From positions 4,441 through 68,440 of the forward strand of contig MQRK01229930.1 in NCBI GenBank assembly GCA_001938485.1: DNA of 64,000 nucleotides. The letters run 5' to 3'. Positions 25,662-40,026 of this stretch are shown here, in pieces. Position 1 is the first letter of the stretch. Every line of letters begins with the position of its first letter. This DNA is from Girardia tigrina (taxonomy: Eukaryota). Under the pieces are notes generated by a model. It did not search any database. It was not told where the DNA came from and saw nothing but the letters and a program-made list of their open reading frames with translations. The position numbers and the translations under genes are program-made.

Positions 25662-26113
25662 TGTGAGGGATTATTGTGAATGTTGTAAGTTTGTTGTTTT
25701 TATGCTGTTTAGATTTGTGACTCTCCTACTCAGATGGGATTGATGTGTTATTTGATTAATTATTTGAATCTAATGAAATTAATTTAATGATATTAAATTA
25801 AAGTACTAATTAATTAAAGTTTGATAATTATGAATTTTAATAATATTTTCAGTATACGATTTTAACTTATTAAATTTAATATTTTTAAAAATTAATGTTT
25901 ATTTTAAAAATTACATAATGTATTTTTATCCAATAAAAATTATGAGAAATTAAAATGTAATATTAATATTTCCCCATTCATTATTTTTTTTCATATTTAA
26001 ATGTTTAATCAAAAACTATATTAATCAAAGAAAGATGACCACTGAAAATTGTTGTGAAGAATCTGTTTGTGTTGTAAATAAATGTTTGCATTCAAATTGT
26101 GATGTTGTTAATA
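25662..26113 (+). mobile_element. Solo LTR (copy C)
   Basis: TGTGAGG...GTTAATA flanked by TSD AACAA; closely similar to copy F. Confidence 0.85.
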
Positions 26114-26636
26114 AACAAGATATTTGGTTCTCTAAGCTTTGTAAGTATTGTAGCTTATACAATGTCGGACGAAAAATATGTTCAAATTAAATATCTAATT
26201 TTGAATACTGTTTCGAAACTTCTTATATTAAAAGAATGACACCCACTTGTAGAATAGCTGTAATGTTTAAAAGACGTATGGAATGTGAATACGGATTTTA
26301 ATAAACATAATGTTTCAATTCGCTTTTTCTCAAAACCGAAATTTTACGAATATGACCATTGTAATATCTGTAGAAGAGTCAAATGATGGAATATCAGCAT
26401 GATTGTTTGCACAGTTGTTAACTATTGTGAGACCTACAACGTGCCACTCTTAACTCAGTTTCCTACTTGTGGTCCCTTTTCTCAGCTTTGGTCACATATA
26501 TTTGTATATGTTAGTTATTAACTTTTTATACAATGGAGTTTAGTTAAAATTTATTTCTTATATTTTTATTTATTTAATTCTACAGTTAAAGGAGTTGATT
26601 TTATTAACTTCATTATTGTAGTGACCTATGAAGTCG

Positions 26637-26640
<4 letters not shown>

Positions 26641-26686
<46 letters not shown>
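26641..26686. repeat. (TA)n microsatellite
   Basis: Perfect TA run. Others at 1-14, ~24556, 56251-56283 and ~57335-57370; (GA)n at ~14787-14812. Confidence 0.95.
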
Positions 26687-26690
<4 letters not shown>

Positions 26691-27294
26691 CAATTTATTA
26701 TATCAATCCTGTTTTATTTCCTTCGACTCAAATTATCACAGAATTTATCAAAGAATTTTCCTCTACCACCACTGGTATAAGGACGACTGTATTTCCTGTA
26801 TCTGGTCTTTTATCAAAGTAATTGATTTATACTTTACTCCCGAATATAAAAGTTCTCTTTTGTATTATACTCTCTACCAATTCTTTTTTTTCGTTATCTA
26901 ATTACATTTGTTAATTATATATTTTAAATATTATTTTTAATTATGCATTTATTTTATGTTATAATAACGCTTAGATATCTTTTTATAGCTTAGTTAGATC
27001 TTTCAGTACACTTAGAATTATTATAGAAAATATTGGAAAAAAATGTTATTTGAATCGGTTTATAAAATTGTGAGATGTTGGTTCAATAAGTTTCGCCAGG
27101 ATTTTCTTGGATTCGGTTAAAATTGTGTTTCTGTTGCAATTACAAATACATTGTTAATGGGTTAAAAAGCTAAGTTTACTAAAACAGAGTTTAATATTTC
27201 CCAAATAGCAAATGAATTATTTTCCTAAAACACACTTGAACAAAAATAAATAAAAAAAAAATTAGTTTCATGTCTTGATAAAGACGATTTTTAC

Positions 27295-27531
27295 CTCTGC
27301 GTCCAATGACAGTTTCCGATTCGCGGCTTCCTGTTCTAAGTCTCGGATGGTATTATCATTGCCCCTTGACGACTCCAAGGCATTGTTGAACCCATCTCCA
27401 GTCAAGAATGTGTCGAGAACCGACACGGATTCATCGAATGTCGGTGATATGTCAGTGGAAGAGGCCGTCCCAGTGACCATTCCTGTTGCTCGACTACTGT
27501 AATAGCCGGATGAATCGCCGGATTTTCCAGA
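27295..27531 (-). CDS. LZTS/Fez1-family protein, Ser-rich internal exon
   Basis: ttcatccag|TCT...GAG|gtaaaa; 237 nt, phase 0/0. SGDSSGYYSS resembles LZTS SDSGRSS; TIRDLEQE starts a coiled coil. Confidence 0.78.
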
Positions 27532-28783
27532 CTGGATGAAAAATATAAATAGCAATGTGGGAAAAATGCCCATGATTTCATATCAAGAAACCTAATCGAT
27601 TTGTTTCTCATCTCTATCAAATAGTAAATTGAAATATTAGCATGTGCACTAATAGTTGCTTCAATCATCAAATGTCGCGATGAAAAAATAAATTGCATTC
27701 ATGCTATAACCGATGATGATGATATTGAGATTAATTTATTATTTCCCTGTCCGCATTTCCCGAACACAATCTCGGACTTTATTTCGGACAAAATAGAGAG
27801 ATAATCATAACTAAACAAAAAGAACACTGACGTTAATTTATACAAATATTCAGGTGTTTTTATTTCCATGAAATCGCTCGCGTTCTTCAGGGAGTTGAAC
27901 GAGTTTAAGCCGCGTTTTTCCAAGCATTACATTAGTCTACTTTCTATACATGTATCCATAGAATTTAGAAATCTATTTTTGGAGGCTTTTTACTCAATCA
28001 ATTTTCTCCAATCTTTGCACACTCACTTATTTGATTAAAAAATTAATTAAATGAACTAAATTTCAATTTTCAATTCTAAATACATTTTACAATGGACGAG
28101 AGGTGTATGTGTCCGCGCTTTCACAAATTCTGTTGGCCAAGCAGAGTTATGCCCACATTACGCGTGAAATTACAAAAAAACGTTTTTTGATTTACTATTT
28201 TATCTTGGAAAAATAGTATTAAAAGACCTTTGATCATGATTCCACAACTTTATATATTTCTGGAAGATATATAATGATTGATACAAAGATTATGGAAGCG
28301 ACAACTGATAACACATATTGTCCTACATTTTAATTATTTTCCATTATGATGCTTAAAACTTTTGAACTTAATATTGCAGAGTGAGAATACGAAAGAATAA
28401 ACCATATTTATACTCCCTTTACAGCTATCAATATTTTAGACTTCATAGAGTAAGATATCATCTTTAAATTAATGTGAATATTAGGTGTTGATCGTAATAT
28501 AAAATTTGACAATAAAGCCAAATAAATGTAAAATTAAAACGAAAATACACAAAATGCAAGAATTAATAATGATTTTACTGGAACCATATTTAATTAATTT
28601 TAAATAAATTAATCAAAAACGTCACTTGAATCTGTAAAACTAATTAATAAAAATTTTCTTTTTTGCTATATTTTTTTGCGCTATTTTACACCATCTTACC
28701 GTTAATTTTTCAACAATTGTACTAACTTATATAAATGATTGAGTAATCAACATATGCAATAGCTAATTAAATACTTTCAAAAT

Positions 28784-29221
28784 TGTGAGGAATATTTGAA
28801 TGTTTGATGTTTTGTGTTTGAATGTGTATGTTGATTTGAAAATGTGTCTGTCCTACCCAGATGGATGATCAATATTTTAATTCTTATTATTTAAAAATTA
28901 TGTATTTTTAATTTATTTTTAATTTCATATAATTTTAAAATTTTAAATAAGTTAATTAATTTTTATAATATTTAATAAATAAATCAAATTAATATTTTTT
29001 AAATAATTAATTATCATTTTAATTATTATCCAATAAGTGTTGAGTAAATATTTTATTTAAATAATTAGTTCTCCATTTTCTAAAAAAGTAATGAGAACTA
29101 AACCATTAATCAATTTCGTTTTGAATGCAAATGTACGAAAGTTTTGACAAAGATTGTCTTGAGGACAATCAAAATTGTTGTTTAAATAAAAATATAAAAA
29201 ATCAAATTGGTGTTCTTAATA
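28784..29221 (+). mobile_element. Solo LTR (copy D)
   Basis: TGTGAGG...CTTAATA flanked by TSD AAAAT. Confidence 0.85.
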
Positions 29222-30089
29222 AAAATAATGAAAGACGGGCTTGTTTGGACAAGAATTAACGAATTAAGGGATTTGATAACTAATGCCTCTCAATAATTTC
29301 GAAAAAACGTCCATATGTGAAGCGATATTGTTACCTTAATCCAAATCGAATGCGCAACTGAATCAAGTTACAGAGATGACGAGAAGTCTCTTCAATATGT
29401 GTGGGCTTACATTTATTACAAGAAAATTGATAAACAAGATTATTGAATTAGCTCATGATGATTCGGAGAATTATTACTAAACGAACGATATGATTTTTAA
29501 ATTTAAGTGCTTATGATCAATTAAGTTTAGGAATTTTTAAAACCTTCTAAACATGAGCACTTAAAGTGTATCCATTATTTGAACCTCCATTAGATACTTT
29601 ATCTGGTTTTAATTCATCTATTCCTTGAATTCTTTATCAAACTTACAAACATTAATATCCATTTTCGATAATAATTAGTTGAATGTATTTAATTAGCTCA
29701 TACATAATTTGATTACACAATCATCATTTTTATGAATAAAGTAATACAATTTTCTAAAATTTTGCCTTAAGATGATTGAAAATTCATCGAAACATATTGT
29801 GTAAAAAGACATTTTTTTAAAATAATATATGTTTTCAGATCTAAATGGCGTTTTTTATTATTTGAAAGATTTGCCATTTTCCTTTATTTACATTTTAAAG
29901 AAACACATTTGAATGATAATAAATTTGAATAATAATTTATTAATGTCCTCTGTTCAGAGTTGAATGTAGTATATAATCAGTCAAAGGGGTCCATCGACCA
30001 TTCACTCGGTTGCCAGTTGAATCAGAAAATAACAATCGCGAATGATATGACTTTTTTTGTGATCGACACCCGACTAAAAATTATATGAA

Positions 30090-31002
30090 ACTGCAGTATT
30101 TTTTGAGGATGCCAGAACAAATACTGTTGATTTACTCAGAGCACGTCATGTAGCAATGAAATGAACTGGTTTTAGTTCAATGATGGTAACAGCACTGGTT
30201 TCTATTTGGGCAGATGGTAGGAAGGTAATGCCTTTGGTAATCCATAAAGGAAAGGATGGAAGTCCTATTTGTAAACAAAATTGTATCTTGCATACTTATC
30301 AAGAATTAATTAACCAAGAATTAATTATAAAGTGGATCGACCATATGTTTCTCTGATTGATTTAAGCAACGGTAAGTGTATTATTTGGGATTCGTGTCGA
30401 GTTCATTTAGGTCTACAAGTAAAAGAACATTGTATTAAGAGAAATGTTGAAATGATCGTGATCCCAGGGGGATTGACAAATTATCTACAAGCAGGATATA
30501 TAGGATTTTTTCGTTCCTTGAAAGATTTTATATATTTTTGTATTAATGAATGGAATAACTCTGATTCTGTTGTTTATACCAAAAATGGTGATACAAAACA
30601 ACCATCGAAGGAATTGGTTAATTCATGGGTCGGAGAATCTTTGAATGAATTGAAAACCGAAACCATACAAAACTCAATAATATCATCAGGATTTAATTCG
30701 AACCCTGACGATTGGCATATAGCAAAGTATGATGTGTATGGTAGAAAGTTTTGCGAGGCTTGGGCTGTTTCAAATCAGATTGAACAATTTCCCTACGAGT
30801 CTATTTCCGGGGAAGATGTAGATGATCATGATGTAGAATGTTTGGATGTCGTTAATGAATAAAGTATTATTGATATTTGTTTTCTCTTTTTATTCATATT
30901 TTGATATTTTTGTTAATGGGAATTGAAAGCACCAAATAGTATCACGACCAAAATAGTATCAACTTAAATAAAAATTTTAGTGATACTATTTGGCGATATC
31001 CG
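30090..31002 (+). mobile_element. pogo-like DDE_1 transposase 3' fragment
   Basis: IIWDSCRVH..VIPGGLTNYLQAG motifs; CCAAATAGTATC subterminal repeats. Confidence 0.75.
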
Positions 31003-32014
31003 TTATTATTCCAATACTTACGCAGAAGATTATGGTACTGTAAAACGAATAAACAACGGCTTCAGCTACTTTCCTGGAAAATTTAAGAAGACCACAAGAT
31101 TTAAAAAATAGATTTCCTATTGACAAAATAAACTACACTCTTATAAGTCACATACACTTGGCATGAGAAAACTTTTGAAATTAGACGCGGAATAAGTGAA
31201 CCATGTAGGTCGTCGCGTATGACGTCCGCCGCTGTCTCTTGGTAAAGAGAAAAATCAGTATCTACATATCACTATTACCGCTTTAGAGACAAAATCCCGG
31301 GTTAAATTTGATTATTTTTATTACGGTGGTTTAATTTTAATTTCAAAAGTTTTTTGCGAAAGTAAAACGAAAGCTGATCAACAGATGAATATAGTTATGA
31401 TATTGGCATTTGAAAATAATTAGAAATGCCATCAGAAATTAAGGAAATTGATCCACGAATATGAAAAAAGTCAGACAGAATAAACGAAAGGAAATTAATT
31501 CCGACAGCTGCAAATATTTCTGTATTCTTATGCATTATAGAGAGGATGTCTTTAGCACAAGAAGACAAATGAACTGTTCTATTACATTTCAATAAAACCT
31601 ATTTTAAGAATGTTTTTTACGAAATTCTAAGTAGCAAATTGAAAAATAAAAACAGAAAGACATTCATGTTGACTTTGCATTGAATTCCATTCTTAAGATA
31701 CAATTTTCAGGAGTGTCATAGTCTTATTTTATTCATAATTTTAGTAAGAGTAATTCGAAAGTTTTATTAAATTGTCTTCTACTTACTAGTTACTGATTTG
31801 AAGCGTCGCCCTCATTGGAAAGACAAAGTTTTGGTCTCTAATCAGAGCTTATAAAATTAACAAGTCACAATGGAATAGAACGACTATCCCCTAATGATTA
31901 TGTATCGATTGATACCCGACTGTTAGTACCTTCATATGTCTCCCCCAAAGAAGGACTTCAAATATGACGAATTGCTTTTAGTCTTAATTATGGCGTGACC
32001 ACGCGAATTCACGA

Positions 32015-32689
32015 ACGAAAAATGCGCTAAAATAAATTTAATAAAATTTAGTGCAATTAACATTTTGTATATAATTTCAAGTTTTCGTCGTTAAGCTGTT
32101 TACACGTATATTTGATTTTCTTTTTTCAGATTCACTTTTAGAATGGTCTGGAGCATGCGTTTGATCAATAATATTCAGTACTGTCCAATAAGTTTCATTC
32201 TTCAGTCTTTCAGCACATTCTCATTTGATACATCTTCATGAAGGTGATCGATCTTGCTTCTGCTTTTCACAATGATATCGGTATCATTCGTACAGCATTT
32301 GGTCCTTTCCTTTCTGTAACTTAATGGTATTCATAATTTTCAAAACGTAATTATTTTGTTCGTAGTTATTTAAAACAAATTTATTTTTTATATTTTTAAA
32401 AAAATATATTTGATATTTATAAATTTTACTTTTTTAAAATTTATATTTCAAAAATATTTTTAGTATAAAGTTATAGTTTTTAAAGTTAAAAGTTTTTAGT
32501 ATTAGTAATATGAAATCGACATATTTTCAAAAACATTTATTACCTTAATTTTATTAAAATATTACAAAAATATTTTTAGTATTAAAGAATTAATAATAAA
32601 AAATCAACATATTTTCAAAAATATTTATTAAATTTATTTTAGCGCATTTGTCGGCGCGCATTTGTCAAGTGCGCATTTGTCGGGGTACC
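32015..32689. mobile_element. MULE-like non-autonomous element
   Basis: Right end with three GCGCATTTGTC repeats then GGGGTACC; partial inverted match AAATGCGCTAAAATAAATTTAATAAA on the left. Confidence 0.5.
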
Positions 32690-33475
32690 AATTATGGTTG
32701 GTCAAATAAAGTTTCCTATAAAAACAAAGCAAAAATAAAGTATTCCAGACTTGTTTACAAAGTTTAAATTTTATTCCCTTTGTGATATAATAAAAACACT
32801 GAAATGAGTAAAGTATCCATAATTATCTTGTTTCTTGTTTTTATTTTTAGCTTCTAAATATTTAAGTGTAGATAATAATAATCGAAATCAGTTCTCTTAG
32901 AATTGGGAAAAACATAACGAATTGGGTGCAGTAGTGAATCTTATAGGCATGGAAATCTGACATTCTCCTACAACTGATTATAGAAAGGCGTGAACAAAGG
33001 TATCATGCAAGTATCTCCAGTTTCTTCAATCTTTTCTTTTAGTTTACGAATTTCTTGTTCAAAAGAATGCATACATGGACCAATAAAATTATGAATTTTG
33101 AAAGCGGTCTCTTTAACTGAAAACCAATTTTAATAAGTATTATAGGATTTCTGAAAAGTTAGAAACTATTTACATTTGTATATTACAAAAAGTTTAAAAA
33201 ATGTCACTAGAATATAAAAAAACAGAAGAGAAACAAATAAGAAAATAAAGAATAGATTAAAATCTTTGTATATTGCAGTGTTATTTCGAAATATTAAATA
33301 TTGCTTTTATTAAAGATTGCTTTTTGAACTCAGTTTAATCCGACAAGTCGAAAAATTGGTATTTTTCTATTAGAATTGCTGAAACTAATTTTTACAAAGT
33401 GATTCTTACTTTGCTTTTTTGTACAAAAATATATCGCAAAATATAAAAATATGATATAAAGTGTATTCTAATATA

Positions 33476-34944
33476 CTTAGGCTGTCCCAAAAGTCCTCAG
33501 GTGGCCTTTAAAAACACACTAATATTTTACCAAAATTTAACCAAATTTGGACTGTCATAAATACTGTGTTAAAATTTCAAAGCATAAAATTAAAAAAAGT
33601 AAAATTTTGTTTTATTAAAGTATTGAAATTTTAAAAGTGCAGCGAATTCAAATCAAGTGGTTTTTAACAATGGAACCAAATAAATGTTGCCAACGTTTTT
33701 TTGTTCTAACTCAAAGTAAAAGATGATTCTCTGCTTCAGAAATTCTTCAGCAACTTCAACAGGTATGGGAAGACGCAAATCACCCAGTACTGAAAACTAT
33801 TCAACAATGGTTGACTGATTGTAAAAAAGAAAAGCGGACGTCCTTCGACGATTCATCAAGAAGTGGCAGGCCGTCATTAATAGACGATGAAAAGATTAAA
33901 GCAGTCAAAGAAGTGATTGATGAAGCTCCAAGTGCGTCTTTGTGTTATATTAAAAATGAACTTTCTTTAGGCAAAAATACAGTCCACAAAATTTTGCGTG
34001 AAAAACTTCATTACAAAAAAGTTTGCTCTGTTTGGGTCCTCACGAACTTTCTACTGCTAATAAACAACAACGCATTAACACTGCAAAGCATATACGCCAT
34101 GCAATTTCACAGATGGGTGATGAAGCATATTCCAACATAGCGATCGAGGATGAGACATTGGTCTTTTTCCAAGGTAGAGGAAAGAAGATCACAAAGTTTG
34201 GATTCCTTCTAATACTGTTCCACCAAAAGTGATAAAGCCATCGCCAATGACTGATAAAAAATTTCTTGTTTTCGTAACCTTTACCTGCAACAAACGTTTT
34301 AATGTAAAATTACGGTCATATGGTACCAAGATTGATTCCGAGGCGTATGTGAACTTTGTTCATGACACCGGTGAAAAATGGCGGAAACTTAGATCTAACA
34401 GCATCAAGCTAAAGTAACTTAAGTGGTGGCATGATAATGCAAGACCTCATTCTAGCAAAGAAACAACTCTTTTTTTTTGAAAGAAGAAAAATTGAAAAAA
34501 TTATCAATCACCCTATAGTCCAGATATTAATCTGTGTTACAGATTCTTGTTTTCAAAAATGAAGAAAAGTTTTAAAAATCATGTTTTCAAATCACATGAA
34601 GAAATTGAAGAAGCTTGTAAATTCTTTTTTAATTCTTTATCAACAGAAACATTAAAAAAATCAACTAGATAAACTTTTTAACTATTGTCAGTTGGTTATT
34701 GACAACAATGGTGAATATGTTGTTGCTTAAGAAATTTTTAAAATATTTTTTTAAATAAATTTTTAAATTCGCTGCGTCTAATTTTTTTTGTTGGTTAATA
34801 ATATTATTTTTTGGTAAGTTTCAAATTTTATGCTTTGAAATTTTAACACAGTATTTATGACAGTCTGAATAATTTTCAGTCCAAATTTGGTAAAATATTA
34901 GTGTGTTTTTAAAGGCCACCTGAGGACTTTTGGGACAGCCTAAG
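33476..34944 (+). mobile_element. mariner-like element with long (~115 bp) TIRs and frameshifted transposase
   Basis: TA|CTTAGGCTGTCCCAAAAGTCCTCAGGTGGCC... inverted at both ends. RSGRP, SVWV/PHEL, IEDETLV, WHDNARPH and YSPDINL motifs. Confidence 0.92.
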
Positions 34945-35406
34945 TATTTTAAGACTGAAAAATATCCATTCTCAACAGGATAACTAAAACTAATAACGAA
35001 ATATAAAACTTTTGATCATAAAATATCTAAGTTTTTGCTATAAATTTTTGATAAAATATACGAATAAATTTTTTGTGTGTAAATCTTTATATTTAATATT
35101 TATACGGTTTTTATAGTAAAATGTTGGATATTTTATAATCAAAAGTTTTATATTTTGTAATCAAAAGTTTTGTATTTCGGAATAACACTGTATTATTTTA
35201 ATACACTTTATACCATATTTATATATTTTGCGATATATTTTTGTACAAAAAAGCAAAGTAAGAATCACTTTGTAAAAATTAGTTTCAGAAATTCTAATTT
35301 TATATCATTTAATAGGAAAATACCAATTTTTTCCACTTGTCAGATTAAACTGAGTTCAAAATGCAATCTTTAATAAAAAAATATATAAATTCCATTTTTT
35401 TCGTAC

Positions 35407-35598
35407 TTGTACTCGACTCAGATTAATTTTCGTCATCATTCGATTGGTGTGAGGCGGAACGGGAGGAGGACTGATTCTCTTCTGGTCAGGAATTTTGGCT
35501 TTTATTATGACAGGTGGTTTGGTAGGACTGGATTCCGAATTTGCTAGCTGTCCGGGTCTGAATGCCAGTGGTCGAATGATAGCTTTGCGATTAACATA
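35407..35598 (-). CDS. LZTS/Fez1-family protein, exon with IRPLAFRP motif
   Basis: atttcattcag|TAT...CAA|gtacga (alternative donor 6 nt earlier); 192 nt, phase 0/0. KAIIRPLAFRP matches the conserved LZTS IRPTAFKP. Missed by the ORF track. Confidence 0.8.
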
Positions 35599-36992
35599 CT
35601 GAATGAAATCAAAAAAAACTTTATTTAACCGAATTTCTAAAGCAATTTAAGTTTTAGACAGAAAAAATTCGTGAATGAATACTATAGAATCAAAGCAATC
35701 CTCGATCCCATTGCTCTTGTTCTGTCTGCGAACGACCACTGTTGCATATGTGTAGCAAATGTCAGTTGCGATCTCTTCCTCATGTATTAATCATTAGAAA
35801 GTGCAAATTAATAGATCTATGATCGCCCTAACAACTGTCGACTTATTTCAAATTTCTCTTTGCTGTAGATGTTTCTTTTTTATTTTGTTTATGTCCCAGT
35901 TTTTCTTTTCGTTGAGAAATGATGAATAATCCCTCGAAAAATAATTCGATCTTATATATGCTATTTAAGGGAATCTAAACCGATCATCTTTGAAATAAAT
36001 ATTTATCTGATACACAATTTTATGATGATTAACCCTAACAAATAACTTCTTGGAGAAACGAAAATCGTTCGGTAAATAAACTACTTTCTGTACAAATTCT
36101 CTTTTACTTTAATTAAAAAACACTTTTCATTGCTAACTGAAAAACATAAATCATCAATGATCGGAAATAATAATTGATCCATAGACAGATCCAAATAATA
36201 AATTAATTTTCTTAAAGAGATAAAACTTAATTTTTTTTCATTTTATTTAAAATTTATGAAATTATTAAAAATTGAATATAAGGAGTTAGTTATTCTTCAG
36301 TACGCTTATCGAAATTCAAATAATTTAAAAAATTATTTGGAATTTAAATCAAATTCAAAATTTAAAATTAGTACTTAGATTGATACTTAAATATTTTAAA
36401 TTTAATTTGAAAATATTTTTTATAAATTACTTTGAATTAAAATATTATTTTAGTAGAAATATGAGTTGATCAAAACAGATCTGATTAAGTAATTTTAAAA
36501 TTAATCATTTTAGTCAAAATTTGAATTTTTTTGTAAAAATTGATATTTCAAATTTCAAATTTAAATAAGGATATATTAAAAAAAATTAAATATTTAAAAT
36601 ATAAAAATTTGAATATAGGGTATTTTCAAAAATTTAAAAAAATAGTAAAAAATATCATAAAATGTTTTTTAAAACACAAAATTAAAAACAGCAAAAAATT
36701 TGAAAATCAAAATTATAAAAAAAACAGTATAAAGAATTAAAATAAAAGACAAATATAAAAAAATAAATAATAAAAAAATATAGATAACTGGCTTAAAAAT
36801 TAAAATTTAAATATACATTAAAATAATAATTGTCGTAAATATTTTCATAAAAATTTTAAAATTAATAAAATTAAATATTATTTTGATTTGATTAAAATTT
36901 TTATAAATGAAAAATAGAGATCGGCGAATCAATTATAAAATTATGAAAATAATTGAAAAAATTGTTTGAAAATTGTTTATAATAAATGTATA

Positions 36993-38050
36993 CCGTAATT
37001 TCCGCACTATAAGGTGCACCGTATTATGAGCCGCACATTACCTGCTTTTCCCAAAAAAAACTTTAGCGTATAAGCCGCATGTACAATACGCCGTATTATA
37101 AGCCGCACACTAAATTTAAGGATTTTAAGCCGATTTTAAATAAATCAGTTCAAAGGATATAAACTAATAACACTAAATAATATATTCACCAAAATATTTT
37201 ATTAGTTTTCTAAGAAATCATTTAAATTTTCATGATACTCAGAATTGCTATCAGTTACTGTATCTGAATCCACAGCTTGATTTTTGGTCTCAATTACACC
37301 TTGTACGCCAGAACTATTAATAATACATGCCTTAATGAAACCGTTAATGATTGTTGATGTTGGAATAGTGTTCCAACTTTCAAGAATCCATTTAGTTATA
37401 GTAACAAAGTCAAATCTTCGATGTCTACCTGTTTTAGTAAAAGTATGATCTCCGGATATCATCCACTCTTCCCAAGTGTTTCTTAATTTTGCTTTAAATG
37501 AATTATTGACTTAGATATCTAGAGGTTGAACAATCTTAGTCAATCCGCCAGGGATAACCGATGAGACAGTATTGGCACGTCTCAGTAATGAATTTACAGC
37601 TTCGGTAAGATGTGCACGCATTGAATCACAGATAAGCATTGAGGATGGTATGTGGAAGAACCCACCTGGTCTCTTAATAAAAACTTCACCAACCAATGCT
37701 TGCATTAATTTTTCGTCCATCCATCCTTTTTCATTTTCCTTTACTACAACTTTATCAGGAAATTTACTTTTAGGCAACGTTTGCCTTTTAAAAATTACCA
37801 TTGATGGTAACTTTAATCCACTCGAAGAACAAGCTAAAACAACAGTACAGGATGTTTTTTTCGTTTCCCGTTGTCATAATTGGAATTGATTTAGCACCAA
37901 CCTGTTCAATGGTGTGATTAGCTGGCATATCAAAAGGGATAGATAATTCATCCATATTGAAAATGTTATCATGATGTATATTTTTCTCTGTAATTTTTGT
38001 TTCGAACTCGGAAAAATAATCCAAGAAATAATAATGTCGAACGTAGAAAG
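36993..38050 (-). mobile_element. POGK-like pogo transposon, 5'-truncated
   Basis: TA|CCGTAATTTCCGCACTATAAG TIR with TAAGCCGCA repeats. IFNMDE, KGWMDEKLM, DSMRAHLT, IPGGLTKIVQPLDI and HTFTKTGR motifs. Confidence 0.88.
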
Positions 38051-38528
38051 ACATACATAAGTAATTTTGAAATAAAACATTTTAAAGTTGTGTTTCAATT
38101 ATGGAAAGTCACCTTTAGAGAGTGAAGGGACAGAAGTGTCATTAATTAGGTCACACAATCCTTAGATTAATTTACAACTGATTCTAATGACATAAAATTT
38201 GAGATAAAGATAAAAATATATTTTAAAGAATCAACAATAAATTAAAAAAGTTAAAATAAAAACGAAGGTTAATTCCTTACAAAAGAATTTGACTGTCACG
38301 AACTCTCACAAGGTATCAAGGGACAGACAAGTCAATGTCACGTAAAAGCATGGATTAGTGAACATTCACTGTCGAATCGATTGAGAAAAGTATTTGATCA
38401 TTGCAGTTTTTTCAAAGAAGGAACCTTTTCCATTTTAAAAAATGAGTTCTCCATTCTTCAAAAAATTTAAACGTATTTCAAAATTTTATCTCCTTAAAAT
38501 TACTAGCAATTTCTGATTTTTATAAAGA

Positions 38529-38729
38529 TTGTATGCAAACATTATTCAGTACACAAATGCTGGTTTGCTACATCGAAAAATCGCAACGTTGAATTTTTCA
38601 AAGTCAAACGTTGTTAACATTGCTAAACGCTTTAATTTGACAGAGTCATCTGATGCGGGAAAACTATCTAAAAGACCGAGAATCGCGACAAAGCGACAAT
38701 ATCACTTGATTAATAATACTGCAACTTAA
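38529..38729 (+). mobile_element. Tc1 transposase N-terminal HTH fragment
   Basis: IIQYTNAGLLHRKIATLNFSKSNVVNIAKRF..KRPRIATKR. Confidence 0.45.
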
Positions 38730-39451
38730 ATATTCAAGCATAGAAATAAAAAAATTTAAGTCATTATGGGCGTGTGAGGAATGTTCTGAATAGTTTGTTG
38801 TTTTATATTTTACATGTTGTATGTTGAATAAGGAGATGGAAAATGTATAAAACATACTTTTAACTATGTAAGTCGTAAAAAACGAACTATTTATTTATCA
38901 AAAAAAAACCAAAAAAAACTTTGGGTCATGGTTAAGTAGGTACCTTCTGATATATAATCATTCTGTGAAGTTTCAATAAACTTCATATTTTATATTTTAT
39001 TTATTTATTTATACTTCATATTTTATTTTTCATATTTTATACTAGTTTTCATTGTTTCATATAGGTTTTGTTATTTATTCTATTAATCTACCATGAATAT
39101 CGACACTTGGTAATTATATCAATAAAACGTGACCTTTGAAATACAAAAGACTGTGAGAAAACCGGTAGCTCTGAGGTTAAAATATGGAAACTATCATATG
39201 TATATGTATATCAAGATGGTCATTTTATATAAATGTGAAGTTTCTTCCAAAAGAAGAGATAAATTCTTTTCAACAATTTTTCATTTGCTCTTTGTACATT
39301 ATATTAGCCAAATGACTTTCCAATGTCGATTCTACAGACGCGTTTAGCAAAATAGATTAAATCAAAATTAATCTAATAAGACACTAATAAGACACTACAA
39401 CCCATCAATTAACATTCAGAATGGGCAAAGTAATGTTATTTTAATACTTAA

Positions 39452-39788
39452 TGTGAGGGATATTGGAATGATGTTTGAATGATGTTGACTGATTGTTGAA
39501 TGAGTTTTATAGTATGTTTGAGACTGGTTGGTGTTTGAAGCATGGCATCTCTCCCTAGACAATTGAAGTCAATTATTGTCGAATTTAAAAATTATATTAC
39601 TAATCGTATAATAAATTAATTGTTATTTAACAATTAATTAAAAATACAATTGTTTTAATCTTTGCAGATTTTGGCAAATTTTTTGAAAAATCAATTGAAG
39701 AAACAAGTCATGCCCCAGACGCTGATTACAGATCATTTTAGTCGTAATAAATCTTGTAATACGACTTCGTCTGTTAATATCCTTAATA
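39452..39788 (+). mobile_element. Solo LTR (copy E, divergent) inserted in a Penelope 3' fragment
   Basis: TGTGAGG...CTTAATA flanked by TSD CTTAA. Flanks match Penelope CTACAACCCATCAATTAACATTCAGAATGGG. Confidence 0.75.
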
Positions 39789-40026
39789 CTTAAAATGTTT
39801 AATTAAAATATTTTAGCAATTATTACCAATTAATACATTAATAAATTATAATATATTTTGGAAATTATTCGATTTAAACTTAATATTCCTTTATATAACT
39901 AATAATAATTAAAATTTTGAACAATTCGCCTTGACGGACATCGCTAGTTAAAACAAATATTTAAACAAAATTACAAGTCATTTAAATAGTTTTCTGACTG
40001 TTTGACTATAAATAATTTCCATATTT

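Noticed and set aside
27402-27923. Minus-strand ORFs upstream of the exon at 27531
   Set aside because: No recognisable homology, separated by a stop, and the ORF overlapping the exon is out of frame with it.
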